IMG/VR virus record: IMGVR_UViG_3300025137_005412 | Span: 64,001 to 128,000 of that record | DNA: 64,000 nt | Strand: one strand, 5' to 3' | Source: a virus | The notes under the pieces: generated by a model | Seen by the model: the letters and a program-made list of their open reading frames with translations, nothing else | Database searches by the model: none | What the model was told of the DNA's origin: nothing | Translations under genes and position numbers: made by a program | Part shown: in pieces, positions 1 to 8,443 of the stretch | How the letters are laid out: each line of letters begins with the position of its first letter | Position numbering within the stretch: position 1 is the first letter of the stretch

Positions 1-47
1 CATAATTGTAATTGGTACTTTCTTTGTTGATTATTAAAATTATACTC

Positions 48-76
48 ATTTTATCAAATTTTTATACGTTTGTAAA
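48..76 (-). promoter_or_regulatory. sigma70-like early promoter for a gene starting at position 3 (minus strand) and running off the window
   Basis: Minus strand reads TTTACA-17 nt-TAAAAT; CAT at 1-3 is a likely start codon downstream. Confidence 0.55.
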
Positions 77-83
77 ACAGTTT

Positions 84-161
84 GTTTCGTTTGGAATCAA
101 CCACTTAGAAAAAAGGCTTTAGAAACAATCACTTATAGTTTCGTTTGGAATCAACTACTTA
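84..161. repeat. Three imperfect direct repeats upstream of the early promoter
   Basis: gtttcgtttggaatcaaccactta (84-107) and gtttcgtttggaatcaactactta (138-161) differ at one base; a degenerate copy tttagaaacaatcactta lies at 118-135. Confidence 0.8.
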
Positions 162-617
162 TGCGAAGACGTGTAAATTAATCCAGTCACAGGTCATAGC
201 GGGCTTCTTTTCTCCCTCTATTTCAATAACTATATCTATTGTTGTTCTAAACTTATTACCTAGTTTCTTATATGATTTAAGAGTAAAGTGAGCTCTGATT
301 TTCTGATCAGCTTTTACTGCTTGTCTAAATTTTAGATTCTCTACTCCAACATTAGTAGCAAAGACCTGACCAGCAAAAGGTTTAATAATCTCATAACTAA
401 ATTTTGGTAGTAGGGAAACAATGAGAAATCCATGAGATATGATACCACCAAATGGTGTAGCCTTAGCATAGTTCTCATCAGTATGGATTGGTTGATCATC
501 ACCAATCAATGCACCATATAATTGTATTAGTTCTCTATCAATGGTTTCCCATGATGAAGTTAACTTTACTCCAATATGTTCTTTATATTTTTTGTCAGCT
601 GCATCAATGGTGTTCAA
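159..617 (-). CDS. MaoC-like hotdog-fold dehydratase / (R)-specific enoyl-CoA hydratase
   Basis: GDDQPIHTDENYAKATPFGGIISHG matches the MaoC hydratase motif D-x(4)-H...HG; TTG start coupled to the upstream stop. Confidence 0.85.
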   Translation of the reverse strand: MNTIDAADKKYKEHIGVKLTSSWETIDRELIQLYGALIGDDQPIHTDENYAKATPFGGIISHGFLIVSLLPKFSYEIIKPFAGQVFATNVGVENLKFRQAVKADQKIRAHFTLKSYKKLGNKFRTTIDIVIEIEGEKKPAMTCDWINLHVFA

Positions 618-850
618 AGTTTTTTCTCATCCAATTGTTTTTTGAATTGATCATATCCACCAATATTATTATCATCAACAAAGATCTGTGGAAATGTTCT
701 TGCATTTGGTTGTAGTTCTAATAACTCTTCCATTGTAAAATCTTTATTCAACATTAGCTTCTCATAAGTATGTTCAGTTAATTTCTTTGCTTCTCTCTCA
801 GCCATATCACAGTATGGACATGGAGTTTTACTATAAATTTTTATATGCAT
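614..850 (-). CDS. grx: Glutaredoxin (NrdC-like)
   Basis: CPYC active site, TFPQIF and IGGY motifs, 78 aa. Confidence 0.93.
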   Translation of the reverse strand: MHIKIYSKTPCPYCDMAEREAKKLTEHTYEKLMLNKDFTMEELLELQPNARTFPQIFVDDNNIGGYDQFKKQLDEKKL

Positions 851-852
851 GA

Positions 853-1296
853 TTAAGCCTGTAAATATGTTAGCATTGTCTTAGCATCAGAACATTCAAA
901 TGGATCAGCATCTACTTCACATTCATTGCATTTACCTTCTTCAACAAACATCTTTACAACTTGACCGTCATGTAATAAAGATGAATAACGCCATGATCTT
1001 GAACCAAATCCTTTATTCTTCTTAGTCACTAACATGTTTAGTTTGTTTGTTAGGTCACCATTGCCATCGGCAATATATTTTACTTTAGTAATTTCTTGCT
1101 TTTCAAACCAAGCTTTCATTACGAATTCATCATTTACTGAGATACAATATACCTCATCAATACCACACTTTTTAATCTCGTCATATAGTTCTTCATAACC
1201 TGGTAAATGTTGTGTAGAACAAGTTGGTGTAAATGCACCAGGCAATCCAAAGATTACCACTTTCTTATTATCGAATAGCTCTTTAAACTGAGACAT
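853..1296 (-). CDS. Peroxiredoxin (Prx5 / type II)
   Basis: FGLPGAFTPTCS...HLPGY, CISVND-FVM-AW, ADGNG, RSWRYS motifs. Confidence 0.93.
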   Translation of the reverse strand: MSQFKELFDNKKVVIFGLPGAFTPTCSTQHLPGYEELYDEIKKCGIDEVYCISVNDEFVMKAWFEKQEITKVKYIADGNGDLTNKLNMLVTKKNKGFGSRSWRYSSLLHDGQVVKMFVEEGKCNECEVDADPFECSDAKTMLTYLQA

Positions 1297-1336
1297 ACTT
1301 TCTCCTTTACTTTAGTTTCTATAGGTATTATACTTA

Positions 1337-2665
1337 TTATGCGAAAAAACTTTCAAGATCAGAAGCTTTTTCTTTTTGATGTACAGCTTTAGTTTTACTT
1401 ACTATATCTGAATACACATCGATAGCATCACAGTGAGACTTCCAAAACTCAAAAGCTTTATGTCTTTCTTCATCTCTCTTAGAATGATTAGTACTTAACA
1501 TTGATAATGTATCAGCAACCGCTGTATACTCATGATTAATCAAAGCTACCTTATGAGCATCTGCACCATAATTTCTTTGTTTAAAATTATCTGTAAGGAA
1601 CACTGTACCACTATTTTCACATGCAATAACTGGATCACCAATCTTATTGTGAATAATATGAGCACCAAAATGTTCATGGAATATAGGAACTGTACCAGCA
1701 CCTAAACAATCTGCATGACAGTATTCTATATTTGCACCATATTGTTCTGGCTTGAGATGATATAGATCAGAACCAAACATAGACTTTGCCATTCTTAACA
1801 TCATATCATGGTGTTGATAGCCAGGATAAAGATAAGCACCTTTATTTAGTTCTTCTTCACCATATTCAAACTTACCAGTTTCATCATATTCTTTTTCAGG
1901 CCTAAACTTATTTACTACATTCCATCTTGTTGATGGATCCTTATCATTTTTATATAAGATACCTTTATAACCTATTGATGCTTCTAATCCTTCAAGTATT
2001 GTAATGAATCCTCTATCCATCATTTTTTCTTGATGAAAATCAATTAGTTGCTGTGGACCTTTCCATCCAGCAGATCTACCAACCCATCTAATAATCTTTT
2101 CTTGTTCTTCAATTGGTTGCCAATACTTTTCTTTACCTTCATCAAAGTTATAACCTACACCTGCAGTTGTAATAGGAACTGAAATGTTTTCTTTCTCACA
2201 CCATTTAGAAAATGGATTAGTTGTAGCATGAGTCATAATAACATCTAAACATTCTAATACTTCTTTAAGTTTAGCATTACGATGAATTGATTGAATATTA
2301 TGATCAACCTGAACAATGCTTTTCTTAACATTAATTTTTTTTAATAACTCTATGAAGTTGTCAACACATTGTTCAGGGTGATTTTTAGATGGAACAGAAA
2401 AGACAATCAAAGCTTCACACTCATTTATCTCATCAATGACCTCAGTACAAGTCATTAGATCTGGAAACTTCTTAGTTGATTTACTAATATCTGACCAGTC
2501 TGCTCCTCTAAAATAGTTTACATCAAACTCCATGGAGTTTTGTCTTGGCCATACTTTATCCATAGTGGCATAGACTTTTACACCCATTAGTTTTTGGAAT
2601 TCTACTACATTCTTTGTGACACCGCAACCTTCGACACCACGACCCATAAGTACTGCTACAGTCAT
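1337..2665 (-). CDS. agt: T4-type DNA alpha-glucosyltransferase homologue
   Basis: N-terminal MGRGVEGCGVTK, plus RWVGR..WKG and EGLE motifs resemble T4 AGT (ARGLEGCGVTK; RWIGRTTTWKG). Confidence 0.85.
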   Translation of the reverse strand: MTVAVLMGRGVEGCGVTKNVVEFQKLMGVKVYATMDKVWPRQNSMEFDVNYFRGADWSDISKSTKKFPDLMTCTEVIDEINECEALIVFSVPSKNHPEQCVDNFIELLKKINVKKSIVQVDHNIQSIHRNAKLKEVLECLDVIMTHATTNPFSKWCEKENISVPITTAGVGYNFDEGKEKYWQPIEEQEKIIRWVGRSAGWKGPQQLIDFHQEKMMDRGFITILEGLEASIGYKGILYKNDKDPSTRWNVVNKFRPEKEYDETGKFEYGEEELNKGAYLYPGYQHHDMMLRMAKSMFGSDLYHLKPEQYGANIEYCHADCLGAGTVPIFHEHFGAHIIHNKIGDPVIACENSGTVFLTDNFKQRNYGADAHKVALINHEYTAVADTLSMLSTNHSKRDEERHKAFEFWKSHCDAIDVYSDIVSKTKAVHQKEKASDLESFFA

Positions 2666-3543
2666 TTGTTTTTACCTCTCTCTAAATTATACTGATCCAT
2701 ACACATATCTTCTAAACTCTTTGTTAGTGTAATCTTTTCTGATAATGTATCTACAGTTGAAGATTCAGCATCGCCTTCACGTCTACCACTTATCTTTATT
2801 GCTACACCTTTACCAGTGACTTTTCTCATTGTTTCAATAACTTCATTTACTGAATAACCTTCATTAGAACCTAAACATTCGTATGGTGTATTTGATGGTC
2901 CATCATCAACAGCATTACATATTGCATTTGCTAGGTCAACCACATGTACATAATCTCGTATGCATGTACCGTCTTTAGTATTATAATCAGTACCATATAC
3001 TTCCATCCAATCTCGTTTACCGCATGCAACCTCAGCAGCTACCCTTATTAAATGAGTTGATGGACCTATTTGTTTGTGTACACCATCTGAACCTGATACA
3101 TTGAAGAATCTAAATATTGTATATCCACCAGCTTTTTCTTTAATAACATCTTCAGCAGCTACTTTTGATTTGGCATAAGGTGATGCCATTTCCCATGCGG
3201 CTGATGTAGATGCAAATAAGATATGAGCCTTTGGAAACATTTCACATACACTTAATGTACCCATTACATTACTCACATAATAATCTGATGGTCTCTTCAT
3301 ACTTTCAGGTACTACTGACAATCCACCTAAATGAACTACTGCTTCATAGTCCGGATATAATTGAGATTTTCTATAGTCTCTTACATTATTATTATAATAA
3401 TTCTTTAAGTATTGGTTTACATCATTCTTATCTTCTCCATGAATATTAATATCCATGCCATCAATAATATGACCACGTTCATTTAGTATCTTACATACAT
3501 GTGAACCAATATATCCATTACAACCTGTGACTAAGACTCGCAT
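2662..3543 (-). CDS. galE: UDP-glucose 4-epimerase (extended SDR)
   Basis: VTGCNGYIGSH Rossmann motif, SPYAKSK catalytic YxxxK, GTDYNTKDGTCIRDYVHVVDLA. Confidence 0.9.
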   Translation of the reverse strand: MRVLVTGCNGYIGSHVCKILNERGHIIDGMDINIHGEDKNDVNQYLKNYYNNNVRDYRKSQLYPDYEAVVHLGGLSVVPESMKRPSDYYVSNVMGTLSVCEMFPKAHILFASTSAAWEMASPYAKSKVAAEDVIKEKAGGYTIFRFFNVSGSDGVHKQIGPSTHLIRVAAEVACGKRDWMEVYGTDYNTKDGTCIRDYVHVVDLANAICNAVDDGPSNTPYECLGSNEGYSVNEVIETMRKVTGKGVAIKISGRREGDAESSTVDTLSEKITLTKSLEDMCMDQYNLERGKNK

Positions 3544-3938
3544 ACTCTTCTCCTTAAATCTGACGATGAGAATCTATGTTCTCGTTTATTAAAATACAAA
3601 GATATACCACGCTTCTTACATACATCTTTACCAGTAAAATCTTTTTCTCTATACTCATCACCAAGAATTCTAACATCAATAGTATATAGTTCTAATATAT
3701 CTTCTAAATCTTTTTCAGTAGCATAAGGAATAATCTCATCAACATACTTTACTGCTTTGAGTTGTGTATATCTTTCTACTAAAGTTTGAATGGGTGAGTT
3801 CTTTTCTTTTCTATCAATCGATGGATCCACTTGCAAAGCACATATAAGATAATCACATTGTGACTTTGCATCTCTTAACATTTGTACATGACCTGCATGT
3901 AGCAAATCAAATGATGAACAGCTGAATCCAATCTTCAT
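3531..3938 (-). CDS. Glycerol-3-phosphate cytidylyltransferase-like (TagD family) nucleotidyltransferase
   Basis: FDLLHAGH (HxGH), ER...L.AVKYVDEII, R.H.FSSS.LR motifs. Confidence 0.85.
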   Translation of the reverse strand: MKIGFSCSSFDLLHAGHVQMLRDAKSQCDYLICALQVDPSIDRKEKNSPIQTLVERYTQLKAVKYVDEIIPYATEKDLEDILELYTIDVRILGDEYREKDFTGKDVCKKRGISLYFNKREHRFSSSDLRRRVCES

Positions 3939-3957
3939 AGTAGTATTATACCCCGAA

Positions 3958-3985
3958 ATGGGAGGAATATTTCTACTCCTCCCAT
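3958..3985 (-). terminator. Hairpin, possible terminator after the small HTH gene
   Basis: ATGGGAGGA / TCCTCCCAT 9-bp inverted repeat in an intergenic gap; the U-tract is short. Confidence 0.5.
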
Positions 3986-4007
3986 AACAATAACAAATAA
4001 GGTTAGT

Positions 4008-4271
4008 TTATACTAAGCCTTGCGCAATTGCTTGGTAGCCCGCTGCTACAACAGCTCGTGTTGGAGTACCTAAACGATACCTTAATGCACGAAGACTGCT
4101 AGATTTAGCAGGTCTGTTGCCGTAGATAGCATAACCTTTATTTCTAAGGTTTGCAACCACTGCAGTTGGGTTAGCCATGTTAAATCTGTCTCTCATTTGA
4201 GCAACAGTTAACTCAGCACCATTTGATAGAGCATCAATTACTTTGCTCTCTTGGGATTTTGTTTTAGCCAT
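4008..4271 (-). CDS. Small winged-HTH-like DNA-binding protein
   Basis: True start likely MAKTKSQ (GGAG RBS upstream); L..GAELT..Q...RF...NP.A.V..LR..GY.I pattern typical of small phage HTH proteins. Confidence 0.65.
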   Translation of the reverse strand: MAKTKSQESKVIDALSNGAELTVAQMRDRFNMANPTAVVANLRNKGYAIYGNRPAKSSSLRALRYRLGTPTRAVVAAGYQAIAQGLV

Positions 4272-4417
4272 TTGTATTTTCTCCTTACTTAGTCTAAAAA
4301 ATATGTTAATTAATTTTAACATCACGAATAGATTATACTCTTTATCTCGATTTTTTTCATTTTCTTTTAGAGTGAGTACCCGCACCCCCGCGGGTACACA
4401 CGGGTAATAAATAATGT

Positions 4418-5842
4418 ATGATGAAATGGTTGCTACTTCCTGTAGCTTTAACAATCTCTGCGATCGCTGCTTTCTACTCAATCTATGGATTGGTAGCTAT
4501 ATTTGCCGCGGCCGTGATACCAATTATAATCATGGGTACAGCCCTTGAGATTGGTAAACTTGTATCCGTTGTATATCTACATCAGTACTGGGTAGAAACT
4601 AAGTTTCTCTTAAAGAGCTATCTAGTGTTGGCTGTTGCACTTCTCATGTTTATTACATCATTAGGAATATTTGGATTCCTTTCTAAGGCTCATGTTGAGC
4701 AAGCATCTTTAAGTGAAGAGCAGGTTGCTTTAATTGAAACACTTGAAGATAAAGAAATCAGATCAGAATTAAAAATTGAAAGATGGAATAAAGAGCTAAC
4801 CAAGCTATTAAACAATGAAGATACACGTGTAGACACTCTTATAGGAAATGAGCAAGATCAACTCAATAGTTTATATGATAGAATTGATAAAGAAAAAACC
4901 ACAGCTGCTGATAGATTTGATAATGCTAAGGCTGCAGCAAACAAGGCTTACACTCAAAAAGTAAAAACAATCAATGATACAATAACAGGCTTTGGCTCTC
5001 AAAGTAAGAAGACAGATCAAATTGAAATTGCAAATGGTGAGCTTAAAAAAGAATTAAGTAGTATTGAAAAGAAATACAATAATGAAGTAGAAGATATTGA
5101 TACTAAATATAAAGACGAAATTTTAGAATTACAAAATGTAATTAAAGGTTATAGAAATCAAGTCACAGAAAAAACTGGTGATATTGATATAAAGATTGTT
5201 GAATTAGAATCTAAGATAGATGCTGAACAAAAAATAATTGATGAAGTCATTGGTGAAAAAGGAATCTATGAGAAAGAATATAGAAAGCTTGAAGCTGAAG
5301 TCGGACCAATTAAATATATTGCTGAACTTATCTATGGCGAAACTGATAGAGGTTTATTAGAAGATGCTGTAAGATGGGTTATTATTATATTAGTTATTGT
5401 ATTTGATCCTCTAGCGGTTGCGTTATTAATAGCATGGAATGATATTATAAAACGTGAATATCCAAGAAGTCCATATCCAATTCCTAAAATAAGAAAACCT
5501 GAACCGGTAGAACCAGAAAAAAAAACTGAAGAACCCGAAGAAGAAGAGCATTGGTTAGAAGAAGAACCAAAGGTTGAGGTTAAAGAAGAAGTTGAAGTAG
5601 AAAAGGATTACGAAAAAAGCCATTACTATAATATGGGTGGACAAAAAGTAAAAGCAAATCCTAAAACACTAAAAGACTTTATGGAAGAAACACCTGATTT
5701 CTTCGCGCAGCTAGCGGATGAAATGGGTGGAAGAGTAGAATATGATAGTGACGCTGCACAGATAGATGTTCCTGAAGATGTATTGGAACAATTACCTGAT
5801 GGTACTTATAGAAAGAAAGAACCGAAGCGTACAAGAATTTAA
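4418..5842 (+). CDS. Membrane protein with long coiled coil and acidic tail
   Basis: Three N-terminal hydrophobic helices, heptad-rich middle, a further TM segment (VIIILVIVFDPLAVALLIAW), Glu/Pro-rich C-terminus; AATAAATA upstream. Confidence 0.75.
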   Translation: MMKWLLLPVALTISAIAAFYSIYGLVAIFAAAVIPIIIMGTALEIGKLVSVVYLHQYWVETKFLLKSYLVLAVALLMFITSLGIFGFLSKAHVEQASLSEEQVALIETLEDKEIRSELKIERWNKELTKLLNNEDTRVDTLIGNEQDQLNSLYDRIDKEKTTAADRFDNAKAAANKAYTQKVKTINDTITGFGSQSKKTDQIEIANGELKKELSSIEKKYNNEVEDIDTKYKDEILELQNVIKGYRNQVTEKTGDIDIKIVELESKIDAEQKIIDEVIGEKGIYEKEYRKLEAEVGPIKYIAELIYGETDRGLLEDAVRWVIIILVIVFDPLAVALLIAWNDIIKREYPRSPYPIPKIRKPEPVEPEKKTEEPEEEEHWLEEEPKVEVKEEVEVEKDYEKSHYYNMGGQKVKANPKTLKDFMEETPDFFAQLADEMGGRVEYDSDAAQIDVPEDVLEQLPDGTYRKKEPKRTRI

Positions 5843-5851
5843 GGTTTTAAT

Positions 5852-6133
5852 ATGAAAGAGTTTATGATATTGCTAAGTGAATTTGGATTGCCAGTGGCTG
5901 GTGCAGTCGTAATGGCAGTATTCATTTATATTATATTAAGATATATTCTAGATTCAGTGGTTGGTCAAGCCACAACTCTCAAATCAATTATAACTCAATT
6001 AGATAATCGTGTTAAGAACATGAATAATGACATGATAAAACTCGATATACAAATAACTCATGTGTTAGGTTTAAAGCCAGATGAAGAACGTATATCAAGA
6101 GCCAATGGTAAAGAAGATGCGAGAAGAGATTAA
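5852..6133 (+). CDS. Small membrane protein with coiled coil (paralogue of next gene)
   Basis: N-terminal TM (FGLPVAGAVVMAVFIYII) then LDNRVKNMNNDMIKLD. Confidence 0.7.
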   Translation: MKEFMILLSEFGLPVAGAVVMAVFIYIILRYILDSVVGQATTLKSIITQLDNRVKNMNNDMIKLDIQITHVLGLKPDEERISRANGKEDARRD

Positions 6134-6411
6134 TGAAAATCGTAATTGAAATTTTAACTGTATACGGATTTCCAACTTTAGCTGCTATAGCAATGGGTTG
6201 GTTTATTTGGTTTGTCTATAATTTCACTACAAAAAATATCAAAAAGAAACTTGGTGAAACTAATGTAGTTCTTATTGCTTTGTTAGATAGAATCAGAATG
6301 CTTGATAATGATATTATAAGATTGCGTTCTAAACTAGACACAATCATTCAGATGAAAGAGAATGAAAAGCCGTCTAAATCACATACCGTAACTAAAGATT
6401 CTAATAAATAA
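6133..6411 (+). CDS. Small membrane protein with coiled coil (paralogue of previous gene)
   Basis: YGFPTLAAIAMGWFIWFV then LLDRIRMLDNDIIRLR; TAATG coupling. Confidence 0.7.
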   Translation: MKIVIEILTVYGFPTLAAIAMGWFIWFVYNFTTKNIKKKLGETNVVLIALLDRIRMLDNDIIRLRSKLDTIIQMKENEKPSKSHTVTKDSNK

Positions 6412-6414
6412 TAT

Positions 6415-6930
6415 ATGATAAAAGCACAACTAAAGATAGGTGTGCTGCGTACTTGGGTTGTTATGTTTCTTGCGGTGATAGTGGCAGCCCTACTCCCGAC
6501 AAATCTCTCAGCTAGTGAACTGAACTTTGAGTTTGGCAACCCCGCATTCTCAAAGCAAGGCTACTCTTCACATGTATTATCTATCGAGCAATTACAATAT
6601 TCACGAGATAAAGATAACGAGAAAGATAAAAAATCAGAAGCAGCATCGGCAGAAAGAGATCTAAATAATACAACTATTGCTAAGTTTATTAAGAACGTAG
6701 AATCAAGAATTTATGCCAACCTTTCTAAACAATTGGTTGATAATATGTTTGGTACTAACTGTGTAAATACAGATGCCATTACATGTGCAACTTCAGGTAC
6801 CGCAGAAGTAGAAGGTGCCACAATATATTGGGTGAGAGACGATACTACTGATACAATAACTTTAACCGTAACTGATGATACAAATAATACTACAACAATC
6901 ACTGTTCCTATCGGAGACTTTCTTTTCTAA
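6415..6930 (+). CDS. csgF: Curli assembly protein CsgF
   Basis: Signal peptide then ASELNFEFGNPAFS (CsgF F.F.NP.F.G N-terminus), F..N.ESRIY..LS.QL, C-terminal TTITVP; adjacent to csgG. Confidence 0.85.
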   Translation: MIKAQLKIGVLRTWVVMFLAVIVAALLPTNLSASELNFEFGNPAFSKQGYSSHVLSIEQLQYSRDKDNEKDKKSEAASAERDLNNTTIAKFIKNVESRIYANLSKQLVDNMFGTNCVNTDAITCATSGTAEVEGATIYWVRDDTTDTITLTVTDDTNNTTTITVPIGDFLF

Positions 6931-6939
6931 TAGAAATGT

Positions 6940-7770
6940 ATGCAGATGAAAACAATTGCACTTTTAACATTAATGTCATTGATGATAACTGGGTGTGTAA
7001 GCACTCCAGATAAGATAGATTATTATATTGATAAACCTGTTTTTGCACACAGTACTCCGACATCTGAATTACTAGAAACTTTACCAGCTCTTGATGGTGA
7101 TATTATTACTATTGCAGTATATAGTTTTTTAGATAAAACTGGTCAAAGAAAACCAAGTACAAAGTTTTCTCAATTATCAACAGCCATATCTCAAGGTGCA
7201 GATGTATGGGTTATACAAGCTTTAAAAGAAGCAGGTGATGGAACCTGGTTTAAAGTTGTTGAAAGAATGGGATTAGATAATGTAATAAAAGAAAGACAGC
7301 TTATACGTTCTACAAGAGAAGCGTATGATGGAGATCAAGCTGTAGGAAATTCTTTAAAGCCTCTAATATTTGCCGGTCTCTTATTAGAAGGTGGAGTCGT
7401 AGCCTACGATACTAATATCGATACAGGTGGAAGCGGCGCAAGATACTTTGGCATTGGTATATCTGAAGAATATCGGGTAGATCAAGTCACTGTTGCTATG
7501 AGAATCGTTGCTGTACAGACAGGCGAAGTTTTAATTACCGTATCAGGTACTAAAACAATTGCTAGTCATAAATCAGGAACGGATGTATTTAGATTTCTCG
7601 ATATGGGAACTAAAGCATTAGAAATAGAGAGCGGAGTTGCTATGAACGAGCCAGTAAATTATGCCATTCGATCAGCTATCGAATATTGCGTTATAGAAGT
7701 AATTAAACAAGGAAAAGACCAAGGTCTTTGGAAATATAAGGAGATAAAATATGAAAAAGATGTTCATTAG
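6940..7770 (+). CDS. csgG: Curli secretion channel lipoprotein CsgG
   Basis: Lipobox (ITGC), AVYSFLDKTGQRKP, WFKVVERMGLDNVIKERQLIRS, LLEGGVVAYD, DQVTVAMR. Confidence 0.95.
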   Translation: MQMKTIALLTLMSLMITGCVSTPDKIDYYIDKPVFAHSTPTSELLETLPALDGDIITIAVYSFLDKTGQRKPSTKFSQLSTAISQGADVWVIQALKEAGDGTWFKVVERMGLDNVIKERQLIRSTREAYDGDQAVGNSLKPLIFAGLLLEGGVVAYDTNIDTGGSGARYFGIGISEEYRVDQVTVAMRIVAVQTGEVLITVSGTKTIASHKSGTDVFRFLDMGTKALEIESGVAMNEPVNYAIRSAIEYCVIEVIKQGKDQGLWKYKEIKYEKDVH

Positions 7771-8443
7771 CTTTTTAGTCATTTCGTTTCTTAGTTTAAC
7801 AGGTACATTATTAGCGAATGATATTTATGTCACACAAAGTGGTAATACACTTGACTTAGATATTACGCAAGATGGCCAAAACAATACTGTTGGTAATTCT
7901 ACCACATCATCATCGGTTGTAGGTGCTACATCTACTATTGATATTGATCAAGTAGGAAATAGTAATGTGTTAACTTTTGATGTTAACGGTGCTAGTTATA
8001 CCGGTACTTTTAGTACTACGGGTAATTCCAACAATATTGATTTTAATTGTGATAGTACTGCAGGAAATAGTTCATGTGCTACAGTCACAAGTAATATAAC
8101 ATGGGTTGGTAGTTCCAATGATTTAGATATAGACATTGGAGAAACCTCTGCGGCTGGTGGCGGTACAGTAGCTATAACAGGAGCAAGTGGTTCCGATTCA
8201 AACGTTATTGCTGCAACTGTCGATGGCACAAGCGCTATCTTAACCTTGACTGTTAACGGAGATACGAATAACTGGTTGATAGATATTGATGGTAATGGAG
8301 ACATTAACGGCCATACGTTAATTCACACCCATACCGGTGGTATTGCTGATGTAGATATAGTTCAGAGTGGTGTTAATGATGCCATTATAAACTTAACTAC
8401 TGTAGGTGATAATCACGATATTGATATAAGTCAAACAGACTAA
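7751..8443 (+). CDS. Curlin-repeat (CsgA/CsgB-like) protein
   Basis: Signal peptide; repeated I.I.Q.G..N beta-arch units (IYVTQSGN, DITQDGQNN, DIDQVGNSN, DIVQSGVND, DISQTD). Confidence 0.8.
   Translation: MKKMFISFLVISFLSLTGTLLANDIYVTQSGNTLDLDITQDGQNNTVGNSTTSSSVVGATSTIDIDQVGNSNVLTFDVNGASYTGTFSTTGNSNNIDFNCDSTAGNSSCATVTSNITWVGSSNDLDIDIGETSAAGGGTVAITGASGSDSNVIAATVDGTSAILTLTVNGDTNNWLIDIDGNGDINGHTLIHTHTGGIADVDIVQSGVNDAIINLTTVGDNHDIDISQTD

Noticed and set aside
84-161. Possible CRISPR mini-array
   Set aside because: Only two near-identical copies, the intervening DNA is itself a degenerate copy, and there are no cas genes; the Cas4-like exonuclease at 16894 is a standard T4-like gene.
4272-4481. 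N-terminal extension of the 157-aa ORF 4008-4481
   Set aside because: It overlaps the divergent gene and the regulatory region; a good RBS and ATG exist at 4271.
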